NCBI GenBank assembly: GCA_047284725.1
Contig: JBJBEO010000001.1
Span: 1,144,203-1,208,202 of the forward strand
DNA length: 64,000 nucleotides
Reading direction: 5' to 3'
Origin: Synechococcus sp.
GTDB lineage: Bacteria; Cyanobacteriota; Cyanobacteriia; PCC-6307; Cyanobiaceae
In this document: positions 39,769-49,672 of the stretch, piece after piece
Layout: each line of letters starts with the position of its first letter
Position numbering within the stretch: the stretch's first letter is position 1
Program-made: the position numbers and the translations under genes
The notes under the pieces: generated by a model
Databases searched by the model: none
What the model saw: the letters and a program-made list of their open reading frames with translations, nothing else
Told to the model about the DNA's origin: nothing

Positions 39769-40782
39769 TTAGGCGCGTCGACTGGGCAGAACAGCCATCG
39801 GGTCGACCGCAGCACCACCAGGTTTTCGGATCTCAAAATGCAAGTGGGGACCTGTGCTGCGACCGGTGCTTCCCATCAGGGAAATGGTCTGGCCTTGGGG
39901 AACAATCTGCCCTTTGCGTACCAACAAACGACTGTTGTGGGCGTAACGGGTGGAAGAGCCGTCTCTGTGGTTGATTTCAACCAGATACCCATAGCCGCTA
40001 CTCCATCCCGAGTAGGCCACAATCCCGTCTTTCGCGGCCAAAATGGGGGTTCCAACGTTGTTGGCGATGTCGATGCCTTTGTGCATGCGTCCCCACCTCC
40101 ATCCATAACCAGAGGTGAAGACACCTTTTGCGGGCCATCGGAAGGATTGGTTCAGGCGAGGGATGGAACCGCCTGGAAGTGAAGGCAAAGATGGCCAGCT
40201 GGCGCCACCGGAAACGCCAGGACGAATGGCCAGCACAGCGCCTGGAGCGGCATTGGCAACTCGGATGTTGCTCCCAATTACAAGCCTCGCGAGATTGACA
40301 CCGGGATTGAGTTTGCGCAGGTCGGAAATGGTGAGACCGTGGCGCGTGGCGATCGATGACACGGAATCTCCGTTGGACACCTTCACGACATCCACAGAGG
40401 CTGGAGGGGGAGGTGTCAGTGGAGCACTCGTCTTGATCTGCCCGGAGTTGAGATGGGTGGAGAGGGCGATCAGACGTCGGTTTATCTCAGGAAGGACAAC
40501 CCAACTGCCTTTCTTCAGCGTCTGGTTGTCCGATGCTTCATTCAGCGTTTTGAGGGTTTCAACCTTCAGGTTGAGGTCTTCGGCGAGTTCTTTAGGTGTG
40601 GTGTCAGCGACAAGTTGAACCCAGATACGCTTTGCTTGGGCAGGAGGAGAGGCGCTCGCGAGCAGAAACTCCTGTGCTGCGGTGCTGTGACGTCGTTCGG
40701 CGATACCAGGATCCCCTCCAAGGGCGGTGAGGCCGACCACTGGGACCGAAGAGGTCACGACAAGAGCAAGAAGAGGCCTCAT
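39769..40782 (-). CDS. LysM + M23 peptidase (NlpD-like)
   Basis: GDSVSSIATRHGLTISDLRKLN LysM; HKGID, YAHNS and TGPHLHFE. Confidence 0.93.
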   Translation of the reverse strand: MRPLLALVVTSSVPVVGLTALGGDPGIAERRHSTAAQEFLLASASPPAQAKRIWVQLVADTTPKELAEDLNLKVETLKTLNEASDNQTLKKGSWVVLPEINRRLIALSTHLNSGQIKTSAPLTPPPPASVDVVKVSNGDSVSSIATRHGLTISDLRKLNPGVNLARLVIGSNIRVANAAPGAVLAIRPGVSGGASWPSLPSLPGGSIPRLNQSFRWPAKGVFTSGYGWRWGRMHKGIDIANNVGTPILAAKDGIVAYSGWSSGYGYLVEINHRDGSSTRYAHNSRLLVRKGQIVPQGQTISLMGSTGRSTGPHLHFEIRKPGGAAVDPMAVLPSRRA

Positions 40783-40892
40783 TGCAGGTGATGAAAGGAC
40801 TCGGATCACGAGACGTCGCCACGACCTCGGAATTGAGCGGAAGGTAACGGTTCAAACACTCCCTCGCAAGGGGCTTTGGCACAGGTTGTCAA

Positions 40893-41369
40893 TCACCACA
40901 ACCCGAGCTTCAGGCCGGCCTGAAAGGTCACCAGAGCACACGACACAGACAGATTGAGGCTGCGCACGTGTTGGTGTCCTCGCATCGGAATCGTGCAGAT
41001 CTGATCGCATTGCCGGCGGATCTCGGTGGGGAGGCCTGTGTCTTCCCGTCCGAACAGCAAGACATCACCCGACTGAAACTCGAACGTGCTCAGGCTTTGA
41101 CCTTGGTGCCGGCTGCAGCCGATCAGTCGGTGCGGGTGTGGCAAGGCGGCTTCAAAGGCCTCAAAGTCTGAATGGGTGCTCACGTCAACGTGTGGCCAGT
41201 AATCCAGACCGGCACGTTTGAGAGTTTTGTCGTCGATGCTGAAACCCAAGGGCTCAATCAACGACAGAGGCAATTGAAAAGCGGCACAGCTGCGGGCGAT
41301 GTTGCCGGTGTTGGGGGGGATTCTCGGCTCGAACAGGGCAACCCTGAGGGGGGATGGAGCAAGTGTCAT
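40893..41369 (-). CDS. trmL: tRNA (cytidine/uridine-34 2'-O)-methyltransferase
   Basis: PRIPPNTGNIAR, RAGLDYW, FGREDTGLP and RSLNLS. Confidence 0.93.
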   Translation of the reverse strand: MTLAPSPLRVALFEPRIPPNTGNIARSCAAFQLPLSLIEPLGFSIDDKTLKRAGLDYWPHVDVSTHSDFEAFEAALPHPHRLIGCSRHQGQSLSTFEFQSGDVLLFGREDTGLPTEIRRQCDQICTIPMRGHQHVRSLNLSVSCALVTFQAGLKLGLW

Positions 41370-41908
41370 ACGCGGACTCCGATCGCGTGAAGGTCAATGG
41401 CACGACCTTGCACCACAAGCCAACTGCGTCGGCTGACTTGTTCCAGCTCCTGAGCCAGTGAGCCGAGTCGGTCTCGAAACATGCCCCCGATCGGGGTGGC
41501 TGGAACGACGCCCCAGCCTGTTTCTTCAATCACGATCACAACGCGTGTTCTGCGCTTGCTGAGGCAATCGAGGAACTGGGCGCATTGTTGTGACCATGCA
41601 ACGGTGTCCAGGTTGAGTCCCCACGCCACAAAGCCCCCTAAGGAATCAATCAGAACAGCGTGTTCCTCGGGAAGGCTAGAAATATCCTCAGCAATGCCAA
41701 GGTCAGTTTCCAACATTGTCCAGTGCGCGGGCCTTCGTTCTCTGTGCACTCGAATGCGCTGTTGCCAGTTGTCATCCTTGGGTCTGGGGGCTGACGTGGC
41801 CACGTAAGTGACTTGATCGTGGCCTTTGACCAGGGATTCCGCCCAACGGCTTTTGCCGCTGCGGCTTGGGCCGCTCACCAAGACAAGGCCGGCTTCATCC
41901 ACCGCCAT
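41366..41908 (-). CDS. cobU: Adenosylcobinamide kinase/phosphate guanylyltransferase
   Basis: GPSRSGKSRWAE, RIRVHRERRP and EETGWGVVP...FRDRLG. Confidence 0.93.
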   Translation of the reverse strand: MAVDEAGLVLVSGPSRSGKSRWAESLVKGHDQVTYVATSAPRPKDDNWQQRIRVHRERRPAHWTMLETDLGIAEDISSLPEEHAVLIDSLGGFVAWGLNLDTVAWSQQCAQFLDCLSKRRTRVVIVIEETGWGVVPATPIGGMFRDRLGSLAQELEQVSRRSWLVVQGRAIDLHAIGVRV

Positions 41909-43043
41909 TCATGCCCCGCAGTGTGGCGACAGAGGAAGGACTGACGCGGTTGAGATAGCGGAAAATCCAGTATTTGAAGATCGTCGCCAGAATCACTGGA
42001 AAGGTGGCGATGAAAAGCAGGACGAAGTTTTCACGAGCTGGAAAACCGAAGTGGTTGGCAATTCCCCCAAGCAGGACGGTCCACCCTTCCGGACTGTGGA
42101 AACCGACGAAGATATCCGTGAACAGGATGATCGCAAAAGCCTTGGCGGAATCGCTCAGGCCGTAGACCGCTTCATCAAAAAAACCGCGGAGGACATTGAG
42201 CTCTTCACGACTGGTGAAACAGACCACGACAAAAGCCAGCAGGGCTGCCAGGTCTGCCAGGACATTTTTGATGGCATGGGTGCTGGCTGCGTCAGCTTCC
42301 TCTTTGAGCTCCTCGGCTTTGACCGACAGGGCCTGCTGCAGTTCCTCCTGGGAGGGGATGGCTTTTCCCTTCAGTAACGCATCGAATTCAATCTCGGCCT
42401 TGTAGACCCTCAGTTTTTCTACGGCCTCTTCTTCGAGTTGAGGTTTGGGGTAGCTGAGGAACGGAAGATCGGGGGCAAAACGATCCACCATGGGACTGAT
42501 CAGGTAGGTGCGGCTGACCTGCTGAACCAGGAGTGGAACCAGGATCAATAACAGGAGCACCTTGAGGGAGATCAAGGTGGAATCCCGCCGCCGCCTGAAG
42601 CCTGCCACCAAGGTCGCTTCTGCGGTGGGATCGAGCTGTCTGCGGACGGAGTCAATCACCCCGAGCAGAGATCGCGGCAGAGGATCAGGATCACGACTCA
42701 TGGTCGGCGCAGCAGTCGTGCGCCGGGGGGAATAACGATTGACCACAGCCTCGATCAACTGCAGCTGACGCAGTTCCTGGGTGTCGAACTGGCCACGAAT
42801 GGGCTCCAGTATGTCGAGGCTGTTCCTGCAGATCGTCAGAGCAGTCTTGAACTTGCGCAGGATCGTGGCCTGTACCGAGCTGGGCACCGACAGTTCGAGA
42901 CCTGGTCGAATCGGCCGATCTCCGTAGTACTCGAGCTCCAGGCTCTGAATCAAGAGAGCCGCTTCGTAGCCCCGTTCGAGATCACTGGTGAGGTCGCGGA
43001 CTTTGGCCTGCCCAAATGTATTGATCCAATTGCGAAGTGCCAT
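41895..43043 (-). CDS. pcxA: Proton extrusion protein PcxA (CemA family)
   Basis: LSDSAKAFAIILFTDIFVGFHSPEGW and FKYWIFRYLNRVSPS. Confidence 0.95.
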   Translation of the reverse strand: MALRNWINTFGQAKVRDLTSDLERGYEAALLIQSLELEYYGDRPIRPGLELSVPSSVQATILRKFKTALTICRNSLDILEPIRGQFDTQELRQLQLIEAVVNRYSPRRTTAAPTMSRDPDPLPRSLLGVIDSVRRQLDPTAEATLVAGFRRRRDSTLISLKVLLLLILVPLLVQQVSRTYLISPMVDRFAPDLPFLSYPKPQLEEEAVEKLRVYKAEIEFDALLKGKAIPSQEELQQALSVKAEELKEEADAASTHAIKNVLADLAALLAFVVVCFTSREELNVLRGFFDEAVYGLSDSAKAFAIILFTDIFVGFHSPEGWTVLLGGIANHFGFPARENFVLLFIATFPVILATIFKYWIFRYLNRVSPSSVATLRGMNGGG

Positions 43044-43058
43044 GGAGGGTGCCGAGGA

Positions 43059-43733
43059 TCAGCGGGAGAAGATCCACCATGTGGCCATCGGCACAATGCT
43101 GCCGACCACCAGGAGCACGATCACCCATGTGAACGCATTGCTGTCCTTGGTCTCTTCAGCGGTGGGGATATTGGTCGGAAGGGTGGTTCGCTCGACTTCA
43201 ACGGGGGGGCCGGGGTCTGCACCACCGGCGAGAACCACCTCAAGGCGGTTGATGCCGTCGAGGCTGGCTTGGCGGTAACGATCACCCTGACGAAGGGGTT
43301 GGCTCATGGTGGTGCGGCCAGTGCTGGAGAGGAGTTCCTTGGAGATACGGTCCAACAGAAGGGGGTCAGCTACCACAGCAGCTTGTTTGTTCTGCGCTTC
43401 GATCAGAAACAGAACCAAAGGGAAATCGTTGGTTTCAGATGACCAGCGTTGAAGAAGTTGCTCCCCAAATTGATTGAGGCTGAGTCCGTAATCAAGTCGA
43501 CGCAGAGTGACAAGGCGGGCGTCAACCTTTTCCGCACGGAGCTGGTCGAGACGGGCACCGAGTTCGGAACGGCTTGACCGACTGAGGACCTCTGCCGAAT
43601 CGGTCACGCTTTCGTCGGGCGCAGATGGGGGGAAGTCCATTGGCGCCACTGCGTTGGCGACAGGAACAACCAGCAACAGGCTCAGACAGGCGGCCAGCAC
43701 ACCGGCAACAAGTGATCGGATCCGCAGCATCAT
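43059..43733 (-). CDS. psb32: PSII repair protein Psb32 (TPM domain)
   Basis: VTLRRLDYG, DPGPP and a C-terminal TM ending VPMATWW. Confidence 0.88.
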   Translation of the reverse strand: MMLRIRSLVAGVLAACLSLLLVVPVANAVAPMDFPPSAPDESVTDSAEVLSRSSRSELGARLDQLRAEKVDARLVTLRRLDYGLSLNQFGEQLLQRWSSETNDFPLVLFLIEAQNKQAAVVADPLLLDRISKELLSSTGRTTMSQPLRQGDRYRQASLDGINRLEVVLAGGADPGPPVEVERTTLPTNIPTAEETKDSNAFTWVIVLLVVGSIVPMATWWIFSR

Positions 43734-43762
43734 TCCTGAGGTTTGATGACGACAGTCTGCCT

Positions 43763-44170
43763 TCAGCTGGCAAGGCTGTCGCGGTTGAGAGCCATGATTG
43801 CCGAAACAATTCCTCGTGCCTGGCCCTCGGGCAGGGTCATCGCACCACAGAGTCCATTGAGGAATTCGGTTTCCGCTGGCGCCACCACGCGGTCGGCATG
43901 GACCAGCTGAGCAGCAACCGCGAGGGCCGTTTCCTGTTGTGCGGTGCTGAGTTCAGGCAAGGCCTGGGCGATCAGATCATCCAGGCCCCGATCACGCAGA
44001 ACTGTCAGGAGACGATCAAACAGCTCGCCCATTGCAGCTTCGGTGCACAGGTTGTAGGGGGCCCGAAATTCAAGTTGTCGCCTCAAGGCATGGGCTTCGT
44101 CCTTTGCCAAGACACCGTCGCAGGCAACGGCTCCCAGAGCGATGGCGGCAAACGCTTCGGCGGAGTCCAT
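43763..44170 (-). CDS. TerB family protein
   Basis: EAFAAIALGAVACDG...ETALAVAAQLVHAD...LNRD. Confidence 0.85.
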   Translation of the reverse strand: MDSAEAFAAIALGAVACDGVLAKDEAHALRRQLEFRAPYNLCTEAAMGELFDRLLTVLRDRGLDDLIAQALPELSTAQQETALAVAAQLVHADRVVAPAETEFLNGLCGAMTLPEGQARGIVSAIMALNRDSLAS

Positions 44171-44233
44171 GGGCTCTGGTGCATACACACCCATTTGAGC
44201 AAGAGTGCCACCATCTGCCACCCCGTCAGATTC

Positions 44234-44926
44234 ATGCCTTTTGGAGCCCGCGTCACGCTTGCGGCCGGAGTCCTTACGCTGCTGCTCGCGGCAGCGAATG
44301 TGTTCACTGCTGCTGCCATCGACCCAAGTCTGCAGCGTGCTGAGGTCCTGGCCGGGATGGCCGCCATTGGTCTGATGTTGGTGGCTGTGCTGTGGACGCG
44401 TGCGCAACCGTTGGCCCCATCCGCTGTGGCGCTCCCGGGCACCCAGGTGTTGCAGATCGCTCCTTCGCTAACAGAGAAAGCGCGTACTGAGCTTGCCTGG
44501 GGGAGTCATCTTCTGCTGACAGCGACGTCCGCAGCAACGATTCTCGTGGCCTGGAATGGATTGGTTGTGTTGCGTCGTGGCTTGGTTCTCCAGGATGAGG
44601 AGGGCGATCAAGACATGATCGCTGGATCGGAGCGCTTCGTGCCAGGTGCGATCTGTCAACGGGCCCGTCAGCAAGGGCGATTGGTTTCGCTGGTTAAAAC
44701 TGCTCTCTATCCCGGCCGATTCGAGTTCGATCCTGTCTTGCCTGATCTGCCATCGGTGATGGTCTATCCCCTCGGTCAACGTGGTTGGGTGGTGCTGGGG
44801 GGATGGTCGGAGCGGTGCTTCAGCCGCTCCGATGAGCGTTGGTTTTCTGGTTGGTGCGAGCGACTTAGAACGACACTGGAGATGACGGACGTCGACGCTC
44901 CTGGTCTGAGCCTGACGCATCCTTGA
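44234..44926 (+). CDS. Cofactor assembly of complex C subunit B (CCB2/CCB4 family)
   Basis: ELAWGSHLLLTAT, LRRG, PGAICQRA and LYPGRFEFD. Confidence 0.85.
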   Translation: MPFGARVTLAAGVLTLLLAAANVFTAAAIDPSLQRAEVLAGMAAIGLMLVAVLWTRAQPLAPSAVALPGTQVLQIAPSLTEKARTELAWGSHLLLTATSAATILVAWNGLVVLRRGLVLQDEEGDQDMIAGSERFVPGAICQRARQQGRLVSLVKTALYPGRFEFDPVLPDLPSVMVYPLGQRGWVVLGGWSERCFSRSDERWFSGWCERLRTTLEMTDVDAPGLSLTHP

Positions 44927-46058
44927 TCGTGAGTTCTGATTGCACGAATCCACCGGGAGACGAGAACGTCACGGTTCCTTGATCGCCAACGGTTCCTTCC
45001 AGCCTTTCGCTGCGAGTGACCTGCTGGTTGGATGCACGTTTCAACTCCACGCCGCCCTGGGCAGAGACGCGATTTGAAATCCAGTTCCAACGGCATTGGT
45101 TGGCCCTGAGTTCCTCGCCGGGCTGAGAGAACCGACATCCGTTCTGGACGCTGACGGTGGACTTGTCCATGTTGATGCGGAAACCATCCCCCACCAGGTC
45201 TGACGTTTTCATCGACGCTCGGAATGGTGAGGCGCTGACGAGAGTGTCATCGCTGAACAACCAGCGCGTGGTGGAAGCTTCGAGTCGCCCTTCGCTCTGG
45301 GGAGCGACAACATTCACTGGACCGATGAGGTCAATGAAGCCCTGCTGAGTGTTGCCCTCAAGGCGCTGGGCCTTGAGCTCCTGCAGCACGGTGCGCTTCT
45401 GGTTGAAGCGTTGCCCGAGAATCGGACCTTTAGCTTTCAGGCCCCCACTCCCTAAATTCCAGGCGGCTTTCTGGCTGCGCACCACGGTTTCTGCTCGTTT
45501 GGCAGGAGCGATGCCTGCTTCTGGCTGGCTCCACCGCTCCAGCTGCACAGTGCCCAGGAGCGTGAGATCCTCCGAGAGTTGGTTGAGCGTTGCCTTACTG
45601 GCTTTGATATGGGTGAGGTCATCGATGGCTTCAGGACGTTGTTCCATCACCAGGAGGGAGGTTGAAGGCGTCCATCGCAGTCGGTCACCTTTGATCAAGA
45701 CCTTCTGGCCCTGCAGTTGTTGCAGTTGGACCTGACCCTCCAGCAGGACAAGCTCGCCATCGTTCACAACCGTTGCCCGTTCGGCACTGATTCGAAAGGA
45801 CGGTTGATCATTGCGATAAAGGATCCCCTCAGGACGGCTGGCCCGAACCAGACGTCGGTCGAATTCGTAGCGGGCTTCCGGACTGATCAGATCCCAGTCG
45901 CGCTGCCCATCAGCTCGTTTCTGGCGAAGCTCGAGTGATCGAAACACAAAGGGTGGTGCCTCTGCTTCACCTGCCTGTGGATTGGAGTCGCACCCACCAA
46001 GAAGGAGAGCGGCTCCCAGCACGCCATGGCGTAGTCGATGCAGCGGCATTGCCGTCAA
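44865..46058 (-). CDS. LptC-like LPS export periplasmic protein
   Basis: Lipoprotein-like signal (LLLGGC), PPFVFRSLEL, and beta-jellyroll-type repeats; start overlaps the metG stop. Confidence 0.75.
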   Translation of the reverse strand: MTAMPLHRLRHGVLGAALLLGGCDSNPQAGEAEAPPFVFRSLELRQKRADGQRDWDLISPEARYEFDRRLVRASRPEGILYRNDQPSFRISAERATVVNDGELVLLEGQVQLQQLQGQKVLIKGDRLRWTPSTSLLVMEQRPEAIDDLTHIKASKATLNQLSEDLTLLGTVQLERWSQPEAGIAPAKRAETVVRSQKAAWNLGSGGLKAKGPILGQRFNQKRTVLQELKAQRLEGNTQQGFIDLIGPVNVVAPQSEGRLEASTTRWLFSDDTLVSASPFRASMKTSDLVGDGFRINMDKSTVSVQNGCRFSQPGEELRANQCRWNWISNRVSAQGGVELKRASNQQVTRSERLEGTVGDQGTVTFSSPGGFVQSELTIKDASGSDQERRRPSSPVSF

Positions 46059-47599
46059 AGGGGGCTCTCCAGTTCAAGTCGTTGCATCACCGGATTGGGT
46101 TTCGGCAAGGGCTGATCACTACCCAGCATCCCCCAGATCAACCGGTCGTTCCATCGTTCCGGCATCGGGCCCTGATTGAGCTGCGTCAGGATGCGCTCGC
46201 TGAGATCCGGCACGAGGGGATTGAGGAGGAGGCCCACAAGGCGGCAGCACTCCAGGACGGCGTAGAGATCAGAGGCCACAGCGCTTTCCTGACCCGGTTG
46301 CTTCATCAGACTCCAAGGCGCTCTCTCATTGAGGAAGCCATTGGCCTGGATGGCGAGGTGCAGCACGGCTTCAGAGGCACGCTGAAAAGCCATCTCCGGC
46401 ATCGCCTCTCGCACCGTGATGATTGCCGCTTCAGCCTGCAGACGGAGGGGATGGTCTTGGTCGAGGGCTGAACCAGCAGGGGGCACGGCATCGCTGAACC
46501 ATTTGCGTGCCATCGATGCGGTGCGATTCAGCAGGTTGCCGATCGTGTTGGCCAAATCGTTGTTGACCAGATCGGTGAAACGTTGCTGCTGAAAGTCGCC
46601 GTCATCACCGAACTGGATATCCCGCAGCAAATACCAACGAACGGCATCGGTGCCGCAGCTCTCCAACAGCGCTTCGGGATCAAGCACATTGCCGAGGGAT
46701 TTACCCATCTTCTGGCCTTCTCGCGTCAGAAAGCCATGGCCGAACACACGTTTGGGTACCGGTAAGCCTGCTGACATCAACATGGCCGGCCAATAAACGG
46801 CGTGGAAACGCAGGATGTCTTTGCCAATCACCTGCATCTGGGCAGGCCAGCCGACGCTTTCAAGTCGATCGAGATTCACGGCTCCGCCGTCATCAAGCAG
46901 GGCGGTTAGGTAACCAAGAAGCGCGTCGAACCAGACGTAAAAGGTGTGACCAGGATGGCCTGGCACCGGAAGTCCCCACGAGACATTGACTCTTGAAATT
47001 GAAAAATCACGCAGACCACCGGCAACGAAGTTCTGGATTTCCTTGCGACGGTTGGCCGGCGCGATGAAGTCGGATTCGTTGATCAGCTGCTCGATCTGCT
47101 GTTGAAAGTTCGACAGACAGAAAAAGAGGTTCTCTTCGTCCCGCCACTCCAATGGTTTCTGGTGCAGTGGGCAGGTCGGATCCTCGGAGTCCGGCGGATC
47201 ATCCTTGAACTCCTCGCATCCAACGCAGTACCAACCGGTCTGGCGGCCCGTGCGGATATCACCATTGGCCTCACAGCGTTGGAAGAATGCCTCCACGAGA
47301 GGCAGATGACGATCACCGGTCGTGCGTATGAATCGGTCGTTGCTGATCCCCCAGCGCTGCCAGAGATCCACATAGTTCTGGCTGATCCTGTCGCAGTGCT
47401 CCTGGGGGCTCACCCCCCGTTCAGCGGCCGTGCGCTGGATCTTCTGACCGTGTTCGTCCACCCCAGTGATGAAGACGACGTCGCGACCTTCCAGCCGTTG
47501 AAAACGGGCGAGTGCATCACAGGCGATCGTCGTGTAGGTGCTCCCCAGGTGTGGTTTGTCGTTGACGTAATACAGAGGGGTCGTGAGGCTGTAGGTCAT
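46055..47599 (-). CDS. metG: Methionine--tRNA ligase
   Basis: YYVNDKPHLGS, GVDEHGQKI, YVWFDAL, IGKDILRFH and KMGKSLGN. Confidence 0.98.
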   Translation of the reverse strand: MTYSLTTPLYYVNDKPHLGSTYTTIACDALARFQRLEGRDVVFITGVDEHGQKIQRTAAERGVSPQEHCDRISQNYVDLWQRWGISNDRFIRTTGDRHLPLVEAFFQRCEANGDIRTGRQTGWYCVGCEEFKDDPPDSEDPTCPLHQKPLEWRDEENLFFCLSNFQQQIEQLINESDFIAPANRRKEIQNFVAGGLRDFSISRVNVSWGLPVPGHPGHTFYVWFDALLGYLTALLDDGGAVNLDRLESVGWPAQMQVIGKDILRFHAVYWPAMLMSAGLPVPKRVFGHGFLTREGQKMGKSLGNVLDPEALLESCGTDAVRWYLLRDIQFGDDGDFQQQRFTDLVNNDLANTIGNLLNRTASMARKWFSDAVPPAGSALDQDHPLRLQAEAAIITVREAMPEMAFQRASEAVLHLAIQANGFLNERAPWSLMKQPGQESAVASDLYAVLECCRLVGLLLNPLVPDLSERILTQLNQGPMPERWNDRLIWGMLGSDQPLPKPNPVMQRLELESPL

Positions 47600-47779
47600 C
47601 TCTCCGACATCAACTCCTGGCATTGCCATCCCACTCTGCGGTTTGGCGACTGGAGCTGGATCCTAACGACCCCTGATCATGGTTTCTACCTTGGCCGCTC
47701 AGCTCTCGAAACTGTGTCCCCGGTGCCGGTTGGCAGCCTTGGAACAGATGGTCCTGGCTGATCGTGCTTCAAGACGGGC

Positions 47780-49642
47780 ATGAGCGCACCATCCCTCCCT
47801 TCAGCTCCACGTCACGGCATCTCCGTTCATCAATCCATCGATGCAGTTGATGTGATTGTTTGGGGTGGTGGTACAGGTGGAGTCGCGGCTGCGATCCAGG
47901 CGGCACGCGGTGGTGCCACCACCCTGTTGCTGACTCCGGATCGCTGGCTTGGGGGGATGGTCAGTGCCGCCGGCGTGTGTTGCCCCGATGGGAACGAGCT
48001 CACTCCATGGCAGACGGGCTTATGGGGTGCCTTCCTGAGGGAGCTCGAGCGGCGCGAGCCCGAAGGGCTTGATCACAACTGGGTGAGCTGTTTCGGCTAT
48101 CGACCGACAACAGCGGAGCAGATTCTCCAGGACTGGGTCAGCACTGAGGACAAGTTGCGGTGGTGGCCCTCGTGTCGCCTGCTGGACGTGGAGCGCGACG
48201 GTGCGTTGATTTCAGGCTTCCGCGTCGAGGTTGCTGGTGGCCAGCAGCGTGTGCGCTGTGCGGTGGCGATCGATGGCAGCGATCGCGGTGATCTCCTGCC
48301 TCTCGCTGACGCACCGTTCCGTTTCGGCTGGGAGCCGCAGGAGCAGTGGGGAGAGCCCAGTGCGCCAACGCAGCAGCGGTTGTCCACGGAGATCTTCTTT
48401 CGCGACCACCCAGTGCAATCCCCCACCTGGGTCGTGATGGGGCAGCTGGATCAAGACCGGTTAAGGGCTGATCGGGCCAGGGGCCATGGTCCGATCAGCC
48501 AACCATGCCTGCGTCCTCCCTTTGAGAACGCCTGTGAGACGTTCGGCCTGGAGCGAACCATCACTTACGGGCGCTTGCCCAGTGGTCTGGTGATGATCAA
48601 CTGGCCCTTGCAGGGCAACGACTGGCACTGGGGACTGGATCGAGCCTTCTGCGGTGATCAGCAGCAGGAGAACGATTTGTTCGCTCAGATGCAGGCCCAC
48701 AGCGTGCGCTTCAGCGAAGCTTTGCAAACCGCCACTGGAGGTTGGCTGCGACTGGGTGAGGCCTTCCCGAAGGAGGCCGAGAGCCCAGCTGCCTGGCTGG
48801 CGGTCATGCCCTATTGGCGTGAAGGCCGTCGAATGGTTGGTCTCAACACGGTGGTTGAACAGCATCTGCTGCCTGTTGGCCATGGAGAAGCCACGGCGCC
48901 CCTGCCCTTGGATGGTCAGGGAGTGATGCAGTCAATTGCCATCGGCAACTACGCCAACGATCATCACTATCCAGGCCCTGATTGGCCCTTAGCCCCCAAA
49001 AGCTGCCGATGGGGTGGACGTTGGACGGGGACACCCTTCTGCATCCCTCTCCAGGCGTTGCTCAGTGTCGAGCGTCCGAATCTGCTGGCGGCCGACAAAG
49101 CCTTCAGCACGAGTCATATGGCCAATGGTGCAACAAGGCTTCAACCATTGATTCTCAATGTGGGCCAGGCTGCCGGTGCGGCTGCTGCCCTTGCGGTGCA
49201 GTTGAACTGCCGTCTCCATGACTTACCGGTACGACAGGTTCAGGAACGTTTGATTGGTGATCCTCAGGCCCCTTCTGCCGTGGTTCCTCTCTGGGATACC
49301 CCCTGGCACCATCCTCTGTGGCAGGAACGTCAGCTTGCTGCCCTCGATCATCCAGGCTTTGGCATCGATCAGGGGCTGGTGGTTGATCCGACAGCGAGTT
49401 CTCCCATGGCTGGTGATTGCCCCCCCTTGGGGCAGCATGCGACTGTCAGGGCTGGTCGCCTGGTGCCTGATGGGTCCGGCGGATACGTCCTCCACCAATC
49501 GAATGGCTGCGAGTGGCCTGTGATCACCCTGGAACCCGCGATGCAGCGCTGGATGCTGCAACTTGATCAGCCCGTGGACATCCGTCTCCTTGGTGTTGCG
49601 AATCCCTGGGGGCCCTGGCTGCGGGTGATCGGACTTGCCTGA
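47780..49642 (+). CDS. FAD-dependent oxidoreductase
   Basis: VWGGGTGGVAAAIQAAR Rossmann motif, PYWREGRR and SHMANGATRLQP. Confidence 0.9.
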   Translation: MSAPSLPSAPRHGISVHQSIDAVDVIVWGGGTGGVAAAIQAARGGATTLLLTPDRWLGGMVSAAGVCCPDGNELTPWQTGLWGAFLRELERREPEGLDHNWVSCFGYRPTTAEQILQDWVSTEDKLRWWPSCRLLDVERDGALISGFRVEVAGGQQRVRCAVAIDGSDRGDLLPLADAPFRFGWEPQEQWGEPSAPTQQRLSTEIFFRDHPVQSPTWVVMGQLDQDRLRADRARGHGPISQPCLRPPFENACETFGLERTITYGRLPSGLVMINWPLQGNDWHWGLDRAFCGDQQQENDLFAQMQAHSVRFSEALQTATGGWLRLGEAFPKEAESPAAWLAVMPYWREGRRMVGLNTVVEQHLLPVGHGEATAPLPLDGQGVMQSIAIGNYANDHHYPGPDWPLAPKSCRWGGRWTGTPFCIPLQALLSVERPNLLAADKAFSTSHMANGATRLQPLILNVGQAAGAAAALAVQLNCRLHDLPVRQVQERLIGDPQAPSAVVPLWDTPWHHPLWQERQLAALDHPGFGIDQGLVVDPTASSPMAGDCPPLGQHATVRAGRLVPDGSGGYVLHQSNGCEWPVITLEPAMQRWMLQLDQPVDIRLLGVANPWGPWLRVIGLA

Positions 49643-49672
49643 AAGGTCTGAGGTTGTCGCCACCCAGTTGTT

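Noticed and set aside
43625..44407. Long overlapping opposite-strand ORFs
   Set aside because: Artefact of upstream start choice; the TerB-like gene (from 44170) and the CCB gene (from 44234) are divergent and do not overlap.
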